This document shows positions 1 through 9,924 of a stretch of DNA of 64,000 nucleotides, in pieces. Origin of the DNA: Parcubacteria bacterium C7867-006 (GTDB lineage: Bacteria; Patescibacteriota; Minisyncoccia; Phycocordibacterales; DATDWN01). The position numbers were made by a program, and so were the translations under genes. Numbering within the stretch: position 1 is the first letter of the stretch; each line of letters begins with the position of its first letter. The stretch spans positions 23,160-87,159 of the forward strand of contig LFCP01000001.1 in the NCBI GenBank assembly GCA_001189155.1, given 5' to 3'. The notes below the pieces were generated by a model. The model was not told the DNA's origin, ran no database searches, and saw only the letters and a program-made list of their open reading frames with translations.

Positions 1-1162
1 AATAGATGTAAGCTACCGCTAAGCCAACTAATATAAAAAAGAAACTATAAAATCCAACACACCAGGAACCAATAATAGCAATGGCAAAAAAGATATAACT
101 AGAACCAATCATATCTTCTTTAGAGATAATATTTTCTGGTAGAGGCCTCTCTGTGTTAGAGATCTTGTCTATCTCGATGTCATAAATATCGTTTATGTGA
201 ACTGAATACATCCACATTCCAAACCAAGATATAAGTAGACAAATTACCCCTAAAATATCTACCCATGAATAAAAAGTTCCATAATCAAAAAATACAGCAT
301 AGCCCATAGCTATAATTAGTGGAGCAAGATAATAAGTTATTCTAATTGGTCTTGAATTTTTTAATATTGATGAGAGTTTTTGTTTATCACTTTTCCAGAA
401 AAATCCAATAGTTATAAAAAAAGATATAACAAAAAGTATTTGTGACATCAGTTTATCAAAACCCAATTGGAAAAATCTAAATCTTGATACAGAAAAAGCT
501 CCTTCGTGAAGAGTATTGTGAAAAATATTTGATTTTAATATTACATCTTCTAGGTATAAAGAAATTTGAGAAGTAGTGATTCCTATGTTGTTAGCGTGGG
601 AGATTATATACAAAAGACTTGGAATTGCTCCGAGTACAAACATAAAAATATAAGAAGATAGTATGGTAAAAAATATATTTTTATAACTACCAGTTTTTAT
701 CCAAACATATGAAGCTATAGCTATAAAAAGAACAGCTATCTGAACATTCATTCCGAAAGTTATTCCGTTTACTGGGATGAAAAAAGGAAATTTAAAAAAA
801 TTAAAAAAAAGTTCTCTTGGTAGTGCGTATATGTATGACATTGCTTGTCCACCCCTATTTAAAGATAGGTCTATAAGTGGAGCTGTCCACATTATTGGAA
901 ATATAAAAAGTATAAATTTACTTGAGCCAACAAAATTTTTTGTAAAATATCCTGTGATAAATATTAGCCCCAGTATTACAGCTAGAAAAAATAATCCATA
1001 ATGAATCAGTGTATATGGATCAGTCGGCATCATTCCAGATGGAGAAGGACTAGATATTGATTCAAGTAAAAATCGGACGAAGACTATGCAAATAAAACCA
1101 ATTATCCAGTCGAAAATACTAATTTTAGTATTTTCTATTTTTTCTATAATTCCTCTAATCAT
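1..1162 (-). CDS. UbiA-family prenyltransferase-like membrane protein (3' end runs off window)
   Basis: Manual translation of minus strand gives NDIYDIEIDKISNTERPLP (UbiA NDxxDxxxD..N..RP motif) amid hydrophobic helices; ATG at 1162 overlaps rsmA stop (ATGA). Confidence 0.75.
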   Translation of the reverse strand, partial: MIRGIIEKIENTKISIFDWIIGFICIVFVRFLLESISSPSPSGMMPTDPYTLIHYGLFFLAVILGLIFITGYFTKNFVGSSKFILFIFPIMWTAPLIDLSLNRGGQAMSYIYALPRELFFNFFKFPFFIPVNGITFGMNVQIAVLFIAIASYVWIKTGSYKNIFFTILSSYIFMFVLGAIPSLLYIISHANNIGITTSQISLYLEDVILKSNIFHNTLHEGAFSVSRFRFFQLGFDKLMSQILFVISFFITIGFFWKSDKQKLSSILKNSRPIRITYYLAPLIIAMGYAVFFDYGTFYSWVDILGVICLLISWFGMWMYSVHINDIYDIEIDKISNTERPLPENIISKEDMIGSSYIFFAIAIIGSWCVGFYSFFFILVGLAVAYIY

Positions 1163-1941
1163 ATACTTATTTCTTTACAAAGTTTTATCCAGGTTTCCAA
1201 TCCTAAATCCTCAGCTCTGGCTTTTTCATTTATTTCACATTTTTTAAAAACATCAGCTAAGTCCCCCCTTTTATATATACTACTTAAGTTTGGAAGAAGT
1301 TGTTTTCTTTTGTGTGCAAATCCAGAATGTATAACTTTAAAAAATAATTCTTCTTTAACCCCCCCGAGTCTATTTTTGTTTATGTTTTCTATGTTTATTA
1401 CAGCTGAATCTACATTTGGTTGTGGGGTAAAGGCCCCTCTTCCAACAGTTCTGATTATCTTTGGTTCGCCGAAAATTTTTATAGAAAGAGATAGTAGACT
1501 CTCTTTTCCATCTCTGGCAACGATTCTATCAGCTACTTCTTTTTGAATAAGAAGAGTCATTGAGGTAGGTTGAGCGTCGCTTTCCAAAAACATTCTCATG
1601 ATCTGGCCTGTTATGTAGTATGGAATATTTGCAACTAGTTTATATTTATCTTTTGTTATATGAGTAATACCAACATCCAAAACATCGGCGTGTATAAGTT
1701 CTAACTGTTTGAGGGATATTTCTTTTGAAAATCTTTTTTGGAGTTCGGGTATTAATCTGTCATCTTTTTCTATTGAAATTATATGGGCTCCAGTTTCCAG
1801 AAGTTTTTCCGTGAGAACCCCTTCTCCTGGACCAATCTCTAAAACAACATTATCTTTATTAACATTTCCAGCAGAAACAATATCTTTCACAATCTGTGGT
1901 GAATTTAGAAAATGTTGACCTAGTGATTTTTTCTTTAACAT
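1159..1941 (-). CDS. rsmA: 16S rRNA adenine dimethyltransferase RsmA/KsgA
   Basis: KKSLGQHFL, VLEIGPGEG, VANIPYYIT, FTPQPNVDSAV motifs. Confidence 0.96.
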   Translation of the reverse strand: MLKKKSLGQHFLNSPQIVKDIVSAGNVNKDNVVLEIGPGEGVLTEKLLETGAHIISIEKDDRLIPELQKRFSKEISLKQLELIHADVLDVGITHITKDKYKLVANIPYYITGQIMRMFLESDAQPTSMTLLIQKEVADRIVARDGKESLLSLSIKIFGEPKIIRTVGRGAFTPQPNVDSAVINIENINKNRLGGVKEELFFKVIHSGFAHKRKQLLPNLSSIYKRGDLADVFKKCEINEKARAEDLGLETWIKLCKEISI

Positions 1942-1943
1942 TT

Positions 1944-3893
1944 TTAGAAATCTATACTAAACAAAGGAGCTTTTGGACTCTCACCAAATCCCTCTCTGTC
2001 TATATATTTAGAAGGTATATCATCTATAAACTCAGATGGAGAGTTAACTTCCATTGTACCAAATATAGTGCGTGTTTGGGCGTACGTTAAAAACAACTTT
2101 TTTCCAGCTCTTGTTACTGCTACATAGAATAACCGTCTTTCTTCCTCAGCATCTTCTCCAGATTTTCTAGATTCGCCCATACCTTTATGTGGGAATAAGT
2201 CATTTTCAAGGCCACAAATAAAGACATAATTAAACTCTAACCCCTTTGATGCGTGTACTGTCATTAGTCTTACTCCAGTTTTTTCTCCATCTAGAGAATC
2301 TTGGTCTGAGGCTAGTGATGTATCGGTTAAAAACTTCTCGATTCCCTCCTCTGGGGTCAGTTCGTCATATTTTGTAGCTAAGGTCACCAACTCCATAATG
2401 TTTTCAAGTCTGTCTGTGTCTTCCTCTAATCCCGTTTTTAGAGAGTCTTCGATACCTGATTTTTTAACAATATATTTTAAAGCTTCACTTGGCTTTTCTG
2501 TTGTTAGGACGTTTTTAAAATCCAAAAGCATTTTCCTAAAATTATTTATTTTTATTTTCATGCTTTCTGGAAGTTCACTCTCTTTTCCTTCCATTATTTT
2601 TTGAAGAGTGGTTTTGCCTATTCCTCTAGCTGGAATATTTATTATTCTTGCAAAGTCGCTGACATTTTCTGGATTAAGGCTTGCCCTTATAAAACTAACC
2701 ATATCTTTTATTTCTTTTCTTTCAAAGAACTTTGTTCCTAGCATTTGATATGGAACCCCATATGAAAGAAATGCATCTTCCAAAACTCTAGATTGAAAGT
2801 TTGCTCTATATAGAACAGCTATATGATCTGCTTTTACCCCGTTTTCTATTAGCCATTTTGATTTAAGCGCAATAAAATGTGCCTCATCTATCTCGTTTCT
2901 TCCTTCAAATAACCCTATTTTTTCTCCAGAATCATTTTCTGTAAAAAGTTTTTTTGGTATACGAAAATTATTTTTTTCTATTATTTCATTCGCTACTGCT
3001 AGAATATTTTTTGTTGAACGATAATTCTGTTCTAGAAAAAAAGTTTGAACTTCTGGATATGATCTTTCAAAATGCAGCATATTTTTTATTTCTGCACCTC
3101 TCCAGCTGTATATGTTTTGGTCCGTGTCTCCTACAACACAGATGTTTCTATTTTTTCTGGCAAGCATTTCAACTATTGAGTTCTGGACTTTGTTTGTGTC
3201 TTGGTACTCGTCTATATGGATGTATAAAAACCTTTCTTGGTATTTAGTTAAAACATCAGGATATTTTTCTAGAAGTTTTAAGGTCTTAAGGAGTAAATCA
3301 TCAAAGTCTAATGCATGTTCTTTTTTCAAGCTTTCTTCATAAAGAACCCAGACTTTTTTTGTCATTTCTGAATTAAAATCATAACTTGCTCTTTCCTCGT
3401 ATTCGGAGACGGTTACTCCTCTTCCCTTTTCTCCAGATATTATGTGACGAACACGTTCTAAATGTTCTTTGGGATCAAGTCCAACTTTTGTTAAAACATC
3501 TTTTAAAGTTTTTTTAGTATCAGATGTGTCAAAAATACTAAAATGTCTTGGCAGTTTTAAAATCTCTGCATTTTCTTTTATTATCTGCACTCCCAATGAG
3601 TGAAAGGTGCTGATAAAAGGAGCTCTCTTTCTTAAGTGGGCTAAATTAGTATCGTTTTCTAACAAAGACATAACTCTCTCCCTCATTTCTCTCGCAGCTT
3701 TGTTTGTAAATGTTATAGCTAGAATCCTTTCTGGAGATACCCCACTAGCAATAATATGTAGGATTCTATGTGTTAGGGTTTTTGTTTTGCCTGCTCCTGC
3801 TCCAGCCACGATGAGTACCGGTCCTTCGGTAGCTAAAACTGCCTTTTTTTGTTCAGAATTAAGAGAGTTTAAGTAATATTTTTTATCTTCCAT
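1944..3893 (-). CDS. pcrA: UvrD/PcrA SF1 DNA helicase
   Basis: AGAGAGKT, TFTNKAA, DEYQDTN, QNYRST, MTVHASKGLEF, EERRLFYVAVTRA; start set at ATG 3893 after TGCTATAAT. Confidence 0.95.
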   Translation of the reverse strand: MEDKKYYLNSLNSEQKKAVLATEGPVLIVAGAGAGKTKTLTHRILHIIASGVSPERILAITFTNKAAREMRERVMSLLENDTNLAHLRKRAPFISTFHSLGVQIIKENAEILKLPRHFSIFDTSDTKKTLKDVLTKVGLDPKEHLERVRHIISGEKGRGVTVSEYEERASYDFNSEMTKKVWVLYEESLKKEHALDFDDLLLKTLKLLEKYPDVLTKYQERFLYIHIDEYQDTNKVQNSIVEMLARKNRNICVVGDTDQNIYSWRGAEIKNMLHFERSYPEVQTFFLEQNYRSTKNILAVANEIIEKNNFRIPKKLFTENDSGEKIGLFEGRNEIDEAHFIALKSKWLIENGVKADHIAVLYRANFQSRVLEDAFLSYGVPYQMLGTKFFERKEIKDMVSFIRASLNPENVSDFARIINIPARGIGKTTLQKIMEGKESELPESMKIKINNFRKMLLDFKNVLTTEKPSEALKYIVKKSGIEDSLKTGLEEDTDRLENIMELVTLATKYDELTPEEGIEKFLTDTSLASDQDSLDGEKTGVRLMTVHASKGLEFNYVFICGLENDLFPHKGMGESRKSGEDAEEERRLFYVAVTRAGKKLFLTYAQTRTIFGTMEVNSPSEFIDDIPSKYIDREGFGESPKAPLFSIDF

Positions 3894-4170
3894 TGCGAGA
3901 TTATAGCATTTTCGTATATCCACAGCTGAAGTTTGCCTAATTGGCTATTGTGTTGACTGTTGGTAACTGCTATTGACCCACAGAGTCCAGTTTATATAAT
4001 GGTTAAGTACAGAAAAGGTTGTAAATAATATGGCTCAACAAAGCCATATTATAATTCGGAAAACTAGAATATACGTTAAATTTTAGCTTATTTTAGGTCT
4101 ACTACAGGATCCAAAGTTCTGGTCAGGTCTTAAAATCACCTCAAAAGTTTTATTTTTAAAACTAAAACAG

Positions 4171-5211
4171 GTGGGATCTACCATTTCCTCGGTGAACATA
4201 TTTGCGTCAATAATCCCAATTTTTCTAATTTTGACGTTATTTTTAGCCCCAAAAACTACACATGCAGGTGTTAGTGATGTTACCTGTTCTATATTTGGGA
4301 TTTTTTGTCCTGTAGAAGCAGAGACAGAAGAACTAGAGGCAAATTCTCAGAACATGGCCCTTCTTCAAGCTGTCATTTCTCCAGACCCAAAAGCTTCTTC
4401 AACAAAAGATAACTCTGTCATTGTTGGTGGTAATTCCCTTGCTCCAGAGACTCAGGCACCAGAATCTAAATCAATAGAGGATGATCAGATTAGTTTATAT
4501 GTTGTTCATCAGGGAGACACCTTGCCAGCTATAGCCAAGATGTTTGGTGTTACAGTAAACACAATAAGATGGGCTAATGATATAAAAGGTAACACAATAA
4601 GTGTCGGTCAAACTTTGGTAATTCTTCCTATATCTGGAATACAACATACTGTTAAATCTGGAGATACACTTCAAAGTATTGCTAAATTACATAAAGGAGA
4701 TTTGAATGAAATATTGCAATATAACAACTTAACTAAAGATGCAAAACTAGCAATCGGAGATATCATTGTTATTCCAGATGGTGAGGCAACAGTCACAACA
4801 AGTTCTTCTGGAACAAAAACTGGAACTACAAAACCTAGTTCCTCATATCCTGTTTACGATGGTTACTATATGAGACCTATAATAGGTGGAATTAGAACTC
4901 AAGGAGTTCATGGTCATAACGGTGTTGATTTGGCTTCATCATATGGCGCAAAGATTTATGCTGCTGCTGATGGTGATGTTATTATTTCAAGAAGTTCTGG
5001 ATGGAATGGTGGTTATGGTTCATATATTGTAATCAAGCATGGAAATGGAACACAAACTTTGTACGGACATTTGAGTGGAACTGCGGTTTCTGCTGGTCAA
5101 CGTGTTACACAAGGACAGGTAATAGGATATATGGGTAACTCAGGACAGGTAACGGGACATACTGGAGTACATCTACACTTTGAGATTCGTGGTGCCAGAA
5201 ATCCATTTTAA
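4171..5211 (+). CDS. LysM-repeat M23 family peptidase
   Basis: Two LysM repeats (YVVHQGDTL, HTVKSGDTL), HNGVD and HLHFE M23 motifs; exact start uncertain. Confidence 0.9.
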   Translation: MGSTISSVNIFASIIPIFLILTLFLAPKTTHAGVSDVTCSIFGIFCPVEAETEELEANSQNMALLQAVISPDPKASSTKDNSVIVGGNSLAPETQAPESKSIEDDQISLYVVHQGDTLPAIAKMFGVTVNTIRWANDIKGNTISVGQTLVILPISGIQHTVKSGDTLQSIAKLHKGDLNEILQYNNLTKDAKLAIGDIIVIPDGEATVTTSSSGTKTGTTKPSSSYPVYDGYYMRPIIGGIRTQGVHGHNGVDLASSYGAKIYAAADGDVIISRSSGWNGGYGSYIVIKHGNGTQTLYGHLSGTAVSAGQRVTQGQVIGYMGNSGQVTGHTGVHLHFEIRGARNPF

Positions 5212-5212
5212 C

Positions 5213-5334
5213 ACTCAGGTCTTTTTCCTGAATCTCATCGTCTAAAATTTGAAAAATATCTTCACCGTACTATAAGTACGCCTCAGATAATTTTTAAAAT
5301 TTTATACGCGACCTTCAGGAAAAATCCTCTGAGT
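5213..5334. repeat. Palindromic intergenic element (divergent family I)
   Basis: Nested inverted repeats TTTTTCCTGAA/TTCAGGAAAAA around central GTACTATAAGTAC. Confidence 0.6.
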
Positions 5335-5366
5335 TATTTTTCAAATTTGATTTTTTTAAAAACCAA

Positions 5367-6929
5367 CTACAAAGTTTGATATTTCTTAGGACGATACTGG
5401 AGAGCTTCTAAAATGTGGTTTTCAGAAATTTCTTTCTCCCCTTCCATATCAGCAATAGTTCTCGCTAGTTTGATAATGCGATGATATGAACGCGCAGAGA
5501 GGTCTAGTTGTTTTGCTGAATTATTTAAAACCTCTTTTACTTTATCTGAAAGTTTTATATGAGAGACTAAATCTTTTGCCGTTAGTTCAGCATTGGTTTT
5601 TATTTTTAATTTTTTATATCTACCTTCTTGTATTTTTCTAGCCTTCCCTATTCTCGGAATTATTTTTTCAGTTTTTTCGTGAAGATCCCTTGAGTCAGTT
5701 AGTTTACCGTGTTCTATCTTTGAAACTTCAACCCATAAATCTATTCTATCTACTATTGGTCCAGATAATTTTCTTTTATATCTTTCTATTGCTTGTACTG
5801 AACAAGTGCAATCTTTGCCTTTTACTCCTAGGTTTCCGCACGGACAAGGATTCATTGTGGCAACCAAAATAAAATGGGCAGGATATTTTACTGAACCTTT
5901 TGCGCGAGAGACCGTCACCACTCTGTCTTCTAGAGGTTGTCTTAAAGTTTCCAAAACTTTTCTATCAAACTCTGGGAATTCATCTAGAAACAAAACTCCT
6001 TTATGGGCCAAAGTCACTTCACCGGGTTTTAGGTTTGTTCCTCCTCCAACCAAAGAGACATATGATGCTGTGTGGTGAGGTGAACGAAAAGGAGGATTCT
6101 CTATTAGACCTTCTTGTAGGATTCCGCCGATAGAATAAATAGATGTAACCTCTAGCATCTCATCAAAAGAAAGTTTTGGAAGTAAGTGCGTAAAAGCTTT
6201 TGCCAGCATAGTTTTTCCAGTTCCAGGTGGGCCATACATTATGATGTTGTGTCCTCCAGCCGCAGCTATCTCAAGTCCCCTTTTTGCGGACTCCTGACCC
6301 TTTACATCTGCAAAGTCTACTTCAATTTCTCTTTTTATTTTCTTTTTCTTTTTGCTCTTGTATAAAGGAAGAAAAATTTTTTGAACAGGATTTGTTTCCT
6401 CATCATATTCTTTTGTGTTTATATGTTTCACCACATCGAGAAGTGACTCTGCTCCGTAAACTTTTATTCCATTTATACTAGAAGCTTCCTCAGCATTTTC
6501 AATTGGCAAAAATATTTCTGTGAAACCATGCTTCGCTGCCATCTGTGCTATAGGCAGAGCACCTTTGATTGGTCTAAGTTTTCCATCCAAAGATAATTCG
6601 CCAATGAATAACCTGTTTTCAACAGACGCTTCTATGTCTCCGGAGGCGATAAGATAAGCTAGTGCAATAGGTAAATCAAACAACGGTCCTTCTTTTTTAA
6701 TATCTGCTGGGGCCAGTGAAACAACAACTTTTTGATTTTTGTTTTTAGGAGATTTCCAGCCAGAATTTTTTATTGCAGCTCCAACTCGGTCTTTTGATTC
6801 ATCAACGGATTTATCGGCTAGGCCGACTATAGAAAAAGAGTGGAGCCCTTTTGAGAGATCCACCTCTATATCTATTAACTGTGCGGAAAGTAGTATTGCT
6901 TGAGCTGAATATATTTTTGAAACAGCCAT
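5367..6929 (-). CDS. comM: YifB/ComM Mg-chelatase-like AAA+ ATPase
   Basis: GPPGTGKTMLA, PFRSPHHTAS, GVLFLDEFPEF, MNPCPCG, LSARSYHRIIKLARTIAD. Confidence 0.93.
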   Translation of the reverse strand: MAVSKIYSAQAILLSAQLIDIEVDLSKGLHSFSIVGLADKSVDESKDRVGAAIKNSGWKSPKNKNQKVVVSLAPADIKKEGPLFDLPIALAYLIASGDIEASVENRLFIGELSLDGKLRPIKGALPIAQMAAKHGFTEIFLPIENAEEASSINGIKVYGAESLLDVVKHINTKEYDEETNPVQKIFLPLYKSKKKKKIKREIEVDFADVKGQESAKRGLEIAAAGGHNIIMYGPPGTGKTMLAKAFTHLLPKLSFDEMLEVTSIYSIGGILQEGLIENPPFRSPHHTASYVSLVGGGTNLKPGEVTLAHKGVLFLDEFPEFDRKVLETLRQPLEDRVVTVSRAKGSVKYPAHFILVATMNPCPCGNLGVKGKDCTCSVQAIERYKRKLSGPIVDRIDLWVEVSKIEHGKLTDSRDLHEKTEKIIPRIGKARKIQEGRYKKLKIKTNAELTAKDLVSHIKLSDKVKEVLNNSAKQLDLSARSYHRIIKLARTIADMEGEKEISENHILEALQYRPKKYQTL

Positions 6930-6938
6930 AGTTTTTAA

Positions 6939-7295
6939 CTACATATGAGACTTGCAAGTTCTGGCTGAAGGGTTGGCCATAAGTCGGTCTTCCTCTATTT
7001 CCTCACCACCAACTTCACAAACTCCATATGTTCCATTTTCTATTTTTTCTAAAGCATCTTTAACATCCTTTAGTTGTCTTTCAAGATTTTCAACTTCAGC
7101 ATTGTTGTTTTCAAATTGTTCTAGACTTCCCGCTACTTCTCCTTCGTCGGCTTCGTCTGCACCATTCTCTGGGATAGTTGCTTGCCAATCAGATGGATTT
7201 TCTGGATTCATTCTTCCAATAGAAGCAAGCTGTTTCTCTACAGTTTCTTTCTCTTTTGATAAAACTTCTTTGAAATGTTGTGTGTCTATAGTCAT
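6939..7295 (-). CDS. DksA/TraR family protein
   Basis: Coiled coil with DEADE tip, ALEKIENGTYGVC...RLMANPSARTC. Confidence 0.85.
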   Translation of the reverse strand: MTIDTQHFKEVLSKEKETVEKQLASIGRMNPENPSDWQATIPENGADEADEGEVAGSLEQFENNNAEVENLERQLKDVKDALEKIENGTYGVCEVGGEEIEEDRLMANPSARTCKSHM

Positions 7296-7332
7296 AATCC
7301 AATTATACCAAAATTAAGATAAATAACCAAAG

Positions 7333-8190
7333 TTATTTTGCTTGTTTGCTAACAGTAAATCTACCAATAATAGCGTTGAAAATCTTATCATTTTTTGTAA
7401 TCAGGAGGGTTTCTTTGTCTATAAAAGAATAAAGAAGTTCAATTTTCCCAGAAGGGCTTCTCAGCACCCTGAGGTCTTTGTTTTTTACTGCTAGGTCGCT
7501 AAATGGACTGGTTGTGCTAACAAGGTCTGGGTTGATTGAAAATATTTTTTGTAAATCTTTCGGCATATCATTTTCCCATTTAAGCATTCCAGAATAACTT
7601 GAAGCAAAATCTTTTACTTTGATGATAAAAAATATTTCATTTGTATCATACGAATAAACCCCAATCATATATTGGCTATCAAATGACCTGATTAGAGATG
7701 ATGGTGCGCTTGGTCCAACAAGAGACATTATTTTACTGAGTTGAACCGGGTTTGTTCCATCTGTGGTGTTTACATACAAAACAGAATTAACTGGTTGTTT
7801 AAATCCCTCTTTCTCTTTGGTTAGTGCGATTATAAGATTTTCTCTTGTTGAGCTAGCGACAGCAATACTGTCTTCTTTTGTAAAACTCAAAAGAGTTTTT
7901 GTTGCTTGTTCTACAATAGTTTTTTCGTGAGCTCTAAAATAATATATACCTATAACACTTCCCACTCCTAGTATAAAAAATATCACACTCAAATATATAA
8001 AAATTTTGTTTCTTGTTCCGCTGTATCTGACACTCACCACTTTCTCAGGTCTCTCTTCTTTTCTCTTTTGTTCTGCAACAAGAATAGTGGTACTGGAGTA
8101 TTTATTTTTACCAATAGCTTCCTCCACATCACCTTGGTATGTACGTAGTGATTTTATTGGAATTCTTCCTTTTTTTTCTTCTGGAGGCAT
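7333..8190 (-). CDS. Hypothetical single-pass membrane protein
   Basis: 285-aa ORF, one TM segment, host-like composition. Confidence 0.75.
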   Translation of the reverse strand: MPPEEKKGRIPIKSLRTYQGDVEEAIGKNKYSSTTILVAEQKRKEERPEKVVSVRYSGTRNKIFIYLSVIFFILGVGSVIGIYYFRAHEKTIVEQATKTLLSFTKEDSIAVASSTRENLIIALTKEKEGFKQPVNSVLYVNTTDGTNPVQLSKIMSLVGPSAPSSLIRSFDSQYMIGVYSYDTNEIFFIIKVKDFASSYSGMLKWENDMPKDLQKIFSINPDLVSTTSPFSDLAVKNKDLRVLRSPSGKIELLYSFIDKETLLITKNDKIFNAIIGRFTVSKQAK

Positions 8191-8243
8191 TTGTATTAGT
8201 TTAACAAAATATTATCAATTATAAAATCAATTTTTTTGAAAAT

Positions 8244-8447
8244 AAAAAAGACCGGCATGTGCCGATCGTGTGTGACTTAACTTTGCACTGACCATATGGT
8301 CAGTAACTCATAACGAACTCCTTAACCTGGTCGGGAGAAGGAGGATCAGAACCAAACGCCCGCATTGGAGGCGCGCGCGTATGGTGCTGGCCCCGCCCCC
8401 CTTCTCCCTTCCAGGTCCCGCCAATTCTTTACGATGGCGAAATATCT
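8244..8447 (-). ncRNA. Candidate structured ncRNA (promoter-to-terminator unit)
   Basis: TTGACA-17-TATTAT at 8482-8454, GC-rich long hairpin, terminator hairpin 8250-8267 plus T-run, no substantial ORF. Confidence 0.5.
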
Positions 8448-8532
8448 ACCAATATAATATATCTAAAAGTGGTTTATGTCAATTATTATAGACAACAAGA
8501 AACGGAGCTTAAATGCTCCGTTTCTTGTTATT

Positions 8533-9084
8533 TTATTCTTCTGTTTTTGTTCTAGGAACTCTTCTTGTGCTCCTATCTCTGAATCCAAGTAAATATTTTC
8601 TAGGATTTAAATCTAGGTCTATGAAGTCATCACTAGCTTCTATAAGTTTTGCTGAAGTAGCTTTTCCAAAAGACATTACCTCAACTTGGCACCCTTCATT
8701 CTGCAAGTATTCAACTAGTGGAACAAAATCACCATCTCCTGTTACTAGTATTATCGCATCTAGTTTTGGAGCAAGTTTGATAGCATCAACAGCGAGGCCG
8801 ACATCCCAGTCTGCTTTTTTTGAGCCTCCAGCAAATATCTGGAGATTTTTTGTTTTTGTTTCTATTCCCATCTTACCAAGAGCTTCGAAAAAGTTTTTCT
8901 CATCCCCTGCTTCGGTGGTAATAACGTAGGCAACAGCTCTGGTTAGAGATCTGCCTGCTAGACCGTCTTTTACAACTTGGTCAAAGTTTACTTTTGCGCC
9001 ATAAATATTTTTGGCACAATGATAAAGGTTCTGGGTATCTATGAAGATCCCAACCCTTTGGTTTTTGTGTTTAATTACACTCAT
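8533..9084 (-). CDS. NYN domain (LabA/DUF88) protein
   Basis: IFIDTQNL, KKADWDVGLAVD, VTGDGDFVPL motifs. Confidence 0.9.
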   Translation of the reverse strand: MSVIKHKNQRVGIFIDTQNLYHCAKNIYGAKVNFDQVVKDGLAGRSLTRAVAYVITTEAGDEKNFFEALGKMGIETKTKNLQIFAGGSKKADWDVGLAVDAIKLAPKLDAIILVTGDGDFVPLVEYLQNEGCQVEVMSFGKATSAKLIEASDDFIDLDLNPRKYLLGFRDRSTRRVPRTKTEE

Positions 9085-9199
9085 ATATAAAAAATTAATT
9101 CTAAAATTTCAAAAAATAGTACAAATCTAATTGTATATCATTTCTAAAATAAATGCTTATTAAAGAAAACAAACTCCGAAGAGTTTGCTTTCAAAGAGA

Positions 9200-9466
9200 T
9201 TATTTTTTAAGACCGATTTTTTTGACTAGCGCACTGTATCTTTTTGGGTTTTTCTTTTCAAGATACTTCATGTGAGTTTTTCTGTCAGCTACCATTTGCA
9301 GTAATCCTCGTCTTGAGTGATTATCTTTTGCATTTTTCTTCAAGTGAGAAGCTAACTCATCAATTCGACGAGTCAAAATAGCTATTTGTACTTCAGGAGA
9401 GCCAGTATCTTTGTCGTGTACTTGCACATCCTTAATAACCTTTGATTTCTTTGTCTTTGTAAGCAT
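9200..9466 (-). CDS. rpsO: 30S ribosomal protein S15
   Basis: DTGSPEVQIAILT, KDNHSRRGLL; start at MLTKTKK (9466). Confidence 0.96.
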   Translation of the reverse strand: MLTKTKKSKVIKDVQVHDKDTGSPEVQIAILTRRIDELASHLKKNAKDNHSRRGLLQMVADRKTHMKYLEKKNPKRYSALVKKIGLKK

Positions 9467-9596
9467 TGATGAAAGAATATCATAAATACCTTTATTTTGC
9501 AAGCTGTTTTGCATAGCTATAAACAGCCTGTTTTCTCTCTTAAAACACTTGACATTTATCTTATTTATGATATTATTGTAGGTAAGGGAGGTCGTC

Positions 9597-9785
9597 ATGG
9601 CTAGCTTCTCAGTTTCTCTCATCGGGTCCACTAACCATATCATCGTTCACTCGTTTGTGGACGGAGACCGGATTGTGGAAATCCCAACTCGCCGCTCCAA
9701 GGAAGACTTTCTCGCTCACATCCGTTGGCTCGAACGCCACGGGCGCCGTGAAGAAGCAAGGGTGCTCCGAGAGAAGTACTCTTAA
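9597..9785 (+). CDS. Small hypothetical protein in GC-rich solo cassette A
   Basis: TTGACA/TGnTATTAT promoter, GGGAGG SD, GC-rich ORF, hairpin terminator 9798-9825. Confidence 0.65.
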   Translation: MASFSVSLIGSTNHIIVHSFVDGDRIVEIPTRRSKEDFLAHIRWLERHGRREEARVLREKYS

Positions 9786-9924
9786 CTCACAACTTTTGGC
9801 CGTCAGTTCGTAAGAGCTGACGGCCTCTTCATTTATATTGATATCGTACCAGAAGAGTACTTCTACTAGACTAAGTATAGTATGTCGCACAATATTTTGA
9901 TTTAATGATACAATTAGACTAAAT

